From Candidatus Helarchaeota archaeon (GTDB lineage Archaea > Asgardarchaeota > Lokiarchaeia > Helarchaeales > RDOG01): 26,651 bases of DNA. A program made the translations under genes and the position numbers. The stretch is taken from positions 1-26,651 of the forward strand of contig JALGVI010000041.1 of NCBI GenBank assembly GCA_029838215.1. The letters are read 5' to 3'. The stretch's first letter is position 1. Each line of letters opens with the position of its first letter. The notes under the pieces were generated by a model that ran no database searches, had not been told where the DNA came from, and was given only the letters and a program-made list of their open reading frames with translations. This document shows, in pieces, positions 25,415 through 26,651 of the stretch.

Positions 25415-26359
25415 TTATGTTTCGGCTCGCACTCCGATCTTGCGTTCGACGGCCGTTAGCGCACCTTTAGGACAAACGTCAATACAACACCTACAAGCCT
25501 TGCAATGAAAATTATCCACGCCGATTACCTTCCAAGTTCCATCGGGTTCTTCTTTCCGCGTGATTGAGAAATCAGGGCATACCAAGAAACATCTATGACA
25601 GTTAATGCATTTTTCTTCATCCCAGCGAATGTGATATATGCCCCATGTTCCCGTCTGGACCTTTTTAGAATCGCCCGGTCGGTACCAAACGGCACCAATT
25701 TCTAATTCTTCATATCCCAGTAGGTTTGGCTTGACGTGGGACCAAGCCGGTTTTTCACCTTTAGAAATGTCTAATTCTACGCCGCACTTCTCAATTTCCA
25801 CTTCATCATGTGCACGTTTTATAACACCGACATTGACTTTTGCCACTTTTTCAGTAAACGTGCGAAAGAGCGCGGCTTCAAGTTCTTCTAATGTAATGAA
25901 GTCCGAGATCTTGACCAGTGCACCAAGAATTGCCGTGTTTGTTATTGGACGTTTTATCACTTCCATTGCGATCTTCGTGGCGTCAACTTTTGCCACGTTT
26001 ACGTCCTTCCTTTTTAACATTTTCTTCAAGTTTTCGAATGTCATCGAAGTATTTACTAATACGGTTCCTCCCGGTGGCATTCCTGCAGTGACATCCATTT
26101 CAACGAGGAGTGTTTGATCAAGTACAGCCACGAATTGAGGTGTATATACTTCATTTTGTGCTTGGACTAAATCGGGATTCTTGCTGACGGTCGCATATGC
26201 AGCCGTGGGGGATCCCATTCGTTCTGCGCCAAATTTGGGTTGGGCTCGTCCCATCCCATTAAATGCTTCAACTACTAATTGTGCAGCCGTAACGCCTCCT
26301 TGTCCACCTCTGGCATGAAAGCGTATGTGAATAACTCGATCTGTTTCTTCGGGACTCAT
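25415..26359 (-). CDS. 2-oxoacid:ferredoxin oxidoreductase, fused gamma-delta subunit
   Basis: Gamma-subunit start IRFHARGGQGGVTAAQL, FGAERMGSP and NTAILGAL; delta-subunit TGTWG plus CINCHRCFLVCP and CKACRCCIDVCP Fe-S motifs in one frame. Confidence 0.9.
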   Translation of the reverse strand: MSPEETDRVIHIRFHARGGQGGVTAAQLVVEAFNGMGRAQPKFGAERMGSPTAAYATVSKNPDLVQAQNEVYTPQFVAVLDQTLLVEMDVTAGMPPGGTVLVNTSMTFENLKKMLKRKDVNVAKVDATKIAMEVIKRPITNTAILGALVKISDFITLEELEAALFRTFTEKVAKVNVGVIKRAHDEVEIEKCGVELDISKGEKPAWSHVKPNLLGYEELEIGAVWYRPGDSKKVQTGTWGIYHIRWDEEKCINCHRCFLVCPDFSITRKEEPDGTWKVIGVDNFHCKACRCCIDVCPKGALTAVERKIGVRAET

Positions 26360-26398
26360 ATAAATTACTTCCTTATAGGTCGAGATGATAATGTTCGT

Positions 26399-26590
26399 TT
26401 AATCGACTTCGACGGTAATGGCCCCTTCTGGACATTGATCTTGACAGGCCAAGCACTCGATGCATTCGTCAGGATTTACCACTTTTGATTTTCCTGTTTC
26501 AGAATCAAGTTCGTAGACACCAGATGGACACACGTCAACATAAATGCCATCGCCATTACACTTATCCAAATCTACAGTGATTTTTGCCAT
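26399..26590 (-). CDS. Small ferredoxin (4Fe-4S dicluster fold)
   Basis: CNGDGIYVDVCP and CIECLACQDQCP motifs; start ATG 26590 (MAKITVD), ORF track starts at 26599. Confidence 0.85.
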   Translation of the reverse strand: MAKITVDLDKCNGDGIYVDVCPSGVYELDSETGKSKVVNPDECIECLACQDQCPEGAITVEVD

Positions 26591-26651
26591 AAACATCAAA
26601 TCCTCTTTCTTTCAACATATTAAGTCATCAAAATAATCTATTGCAAAGTAA

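Noticed and set aside
25638-26117. 159-aa plus-strand ORF
   Set aside because: Antisense to the well-supported oxidoreductase gamma-delta gene.

Overview
AT-rich archaeal DNA, most likely from an Asgard archaeon (inferred from a Roadblock-domain/Rab-like GTPase fusion at 852-1820, archaeal-type nurA/herA/mre11/rad50 genes and GGTGA/GGAGG ribosome-binding sites). Left part: the 3' end of a GC-rich tnpB-like gene with a structured downstream RNA-like region, a flavodoxin, the Roadblock-Rab fusion, two hypotheticals, an SCP2-MmgE/PrpD-FeS-ferredoxin-membrane operon, and an unannotated, broken peroxiredoxin gene. Centre (7344-25327): a Csa3-like CARF-wHTH regulator transcribed divergently from an approximately 17 kb run of 11 co-oriented, tightly packed genes: HNH nuclease, beta-CASP/RNase J-like nuclease, NurA, HerA, Mre11, Rad50, MoxR-type AAA+ ATPase with C-terminal Zn fingers, HExxH-vWA protein, second NurA, second HerA, and an unknown protein. 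The nurA-herA-mre11-rad50 core is the known archaeal DNA end-resection operon. Its physical linkage to a CARF sensor, two extra nucleases and an internal MoxR-vWA pair is the best candidate here for an undescribed signal-regulated DNA-repair/defence system. Right end: a fused gamma-delta 2-oxoacid:ferredoxin oxidoreductase subunit and a ferredoxin on the minus strand. No CRISPR array, tRNA or rRNA was seen. All family calls are from motif recognition by eye, not database searches.
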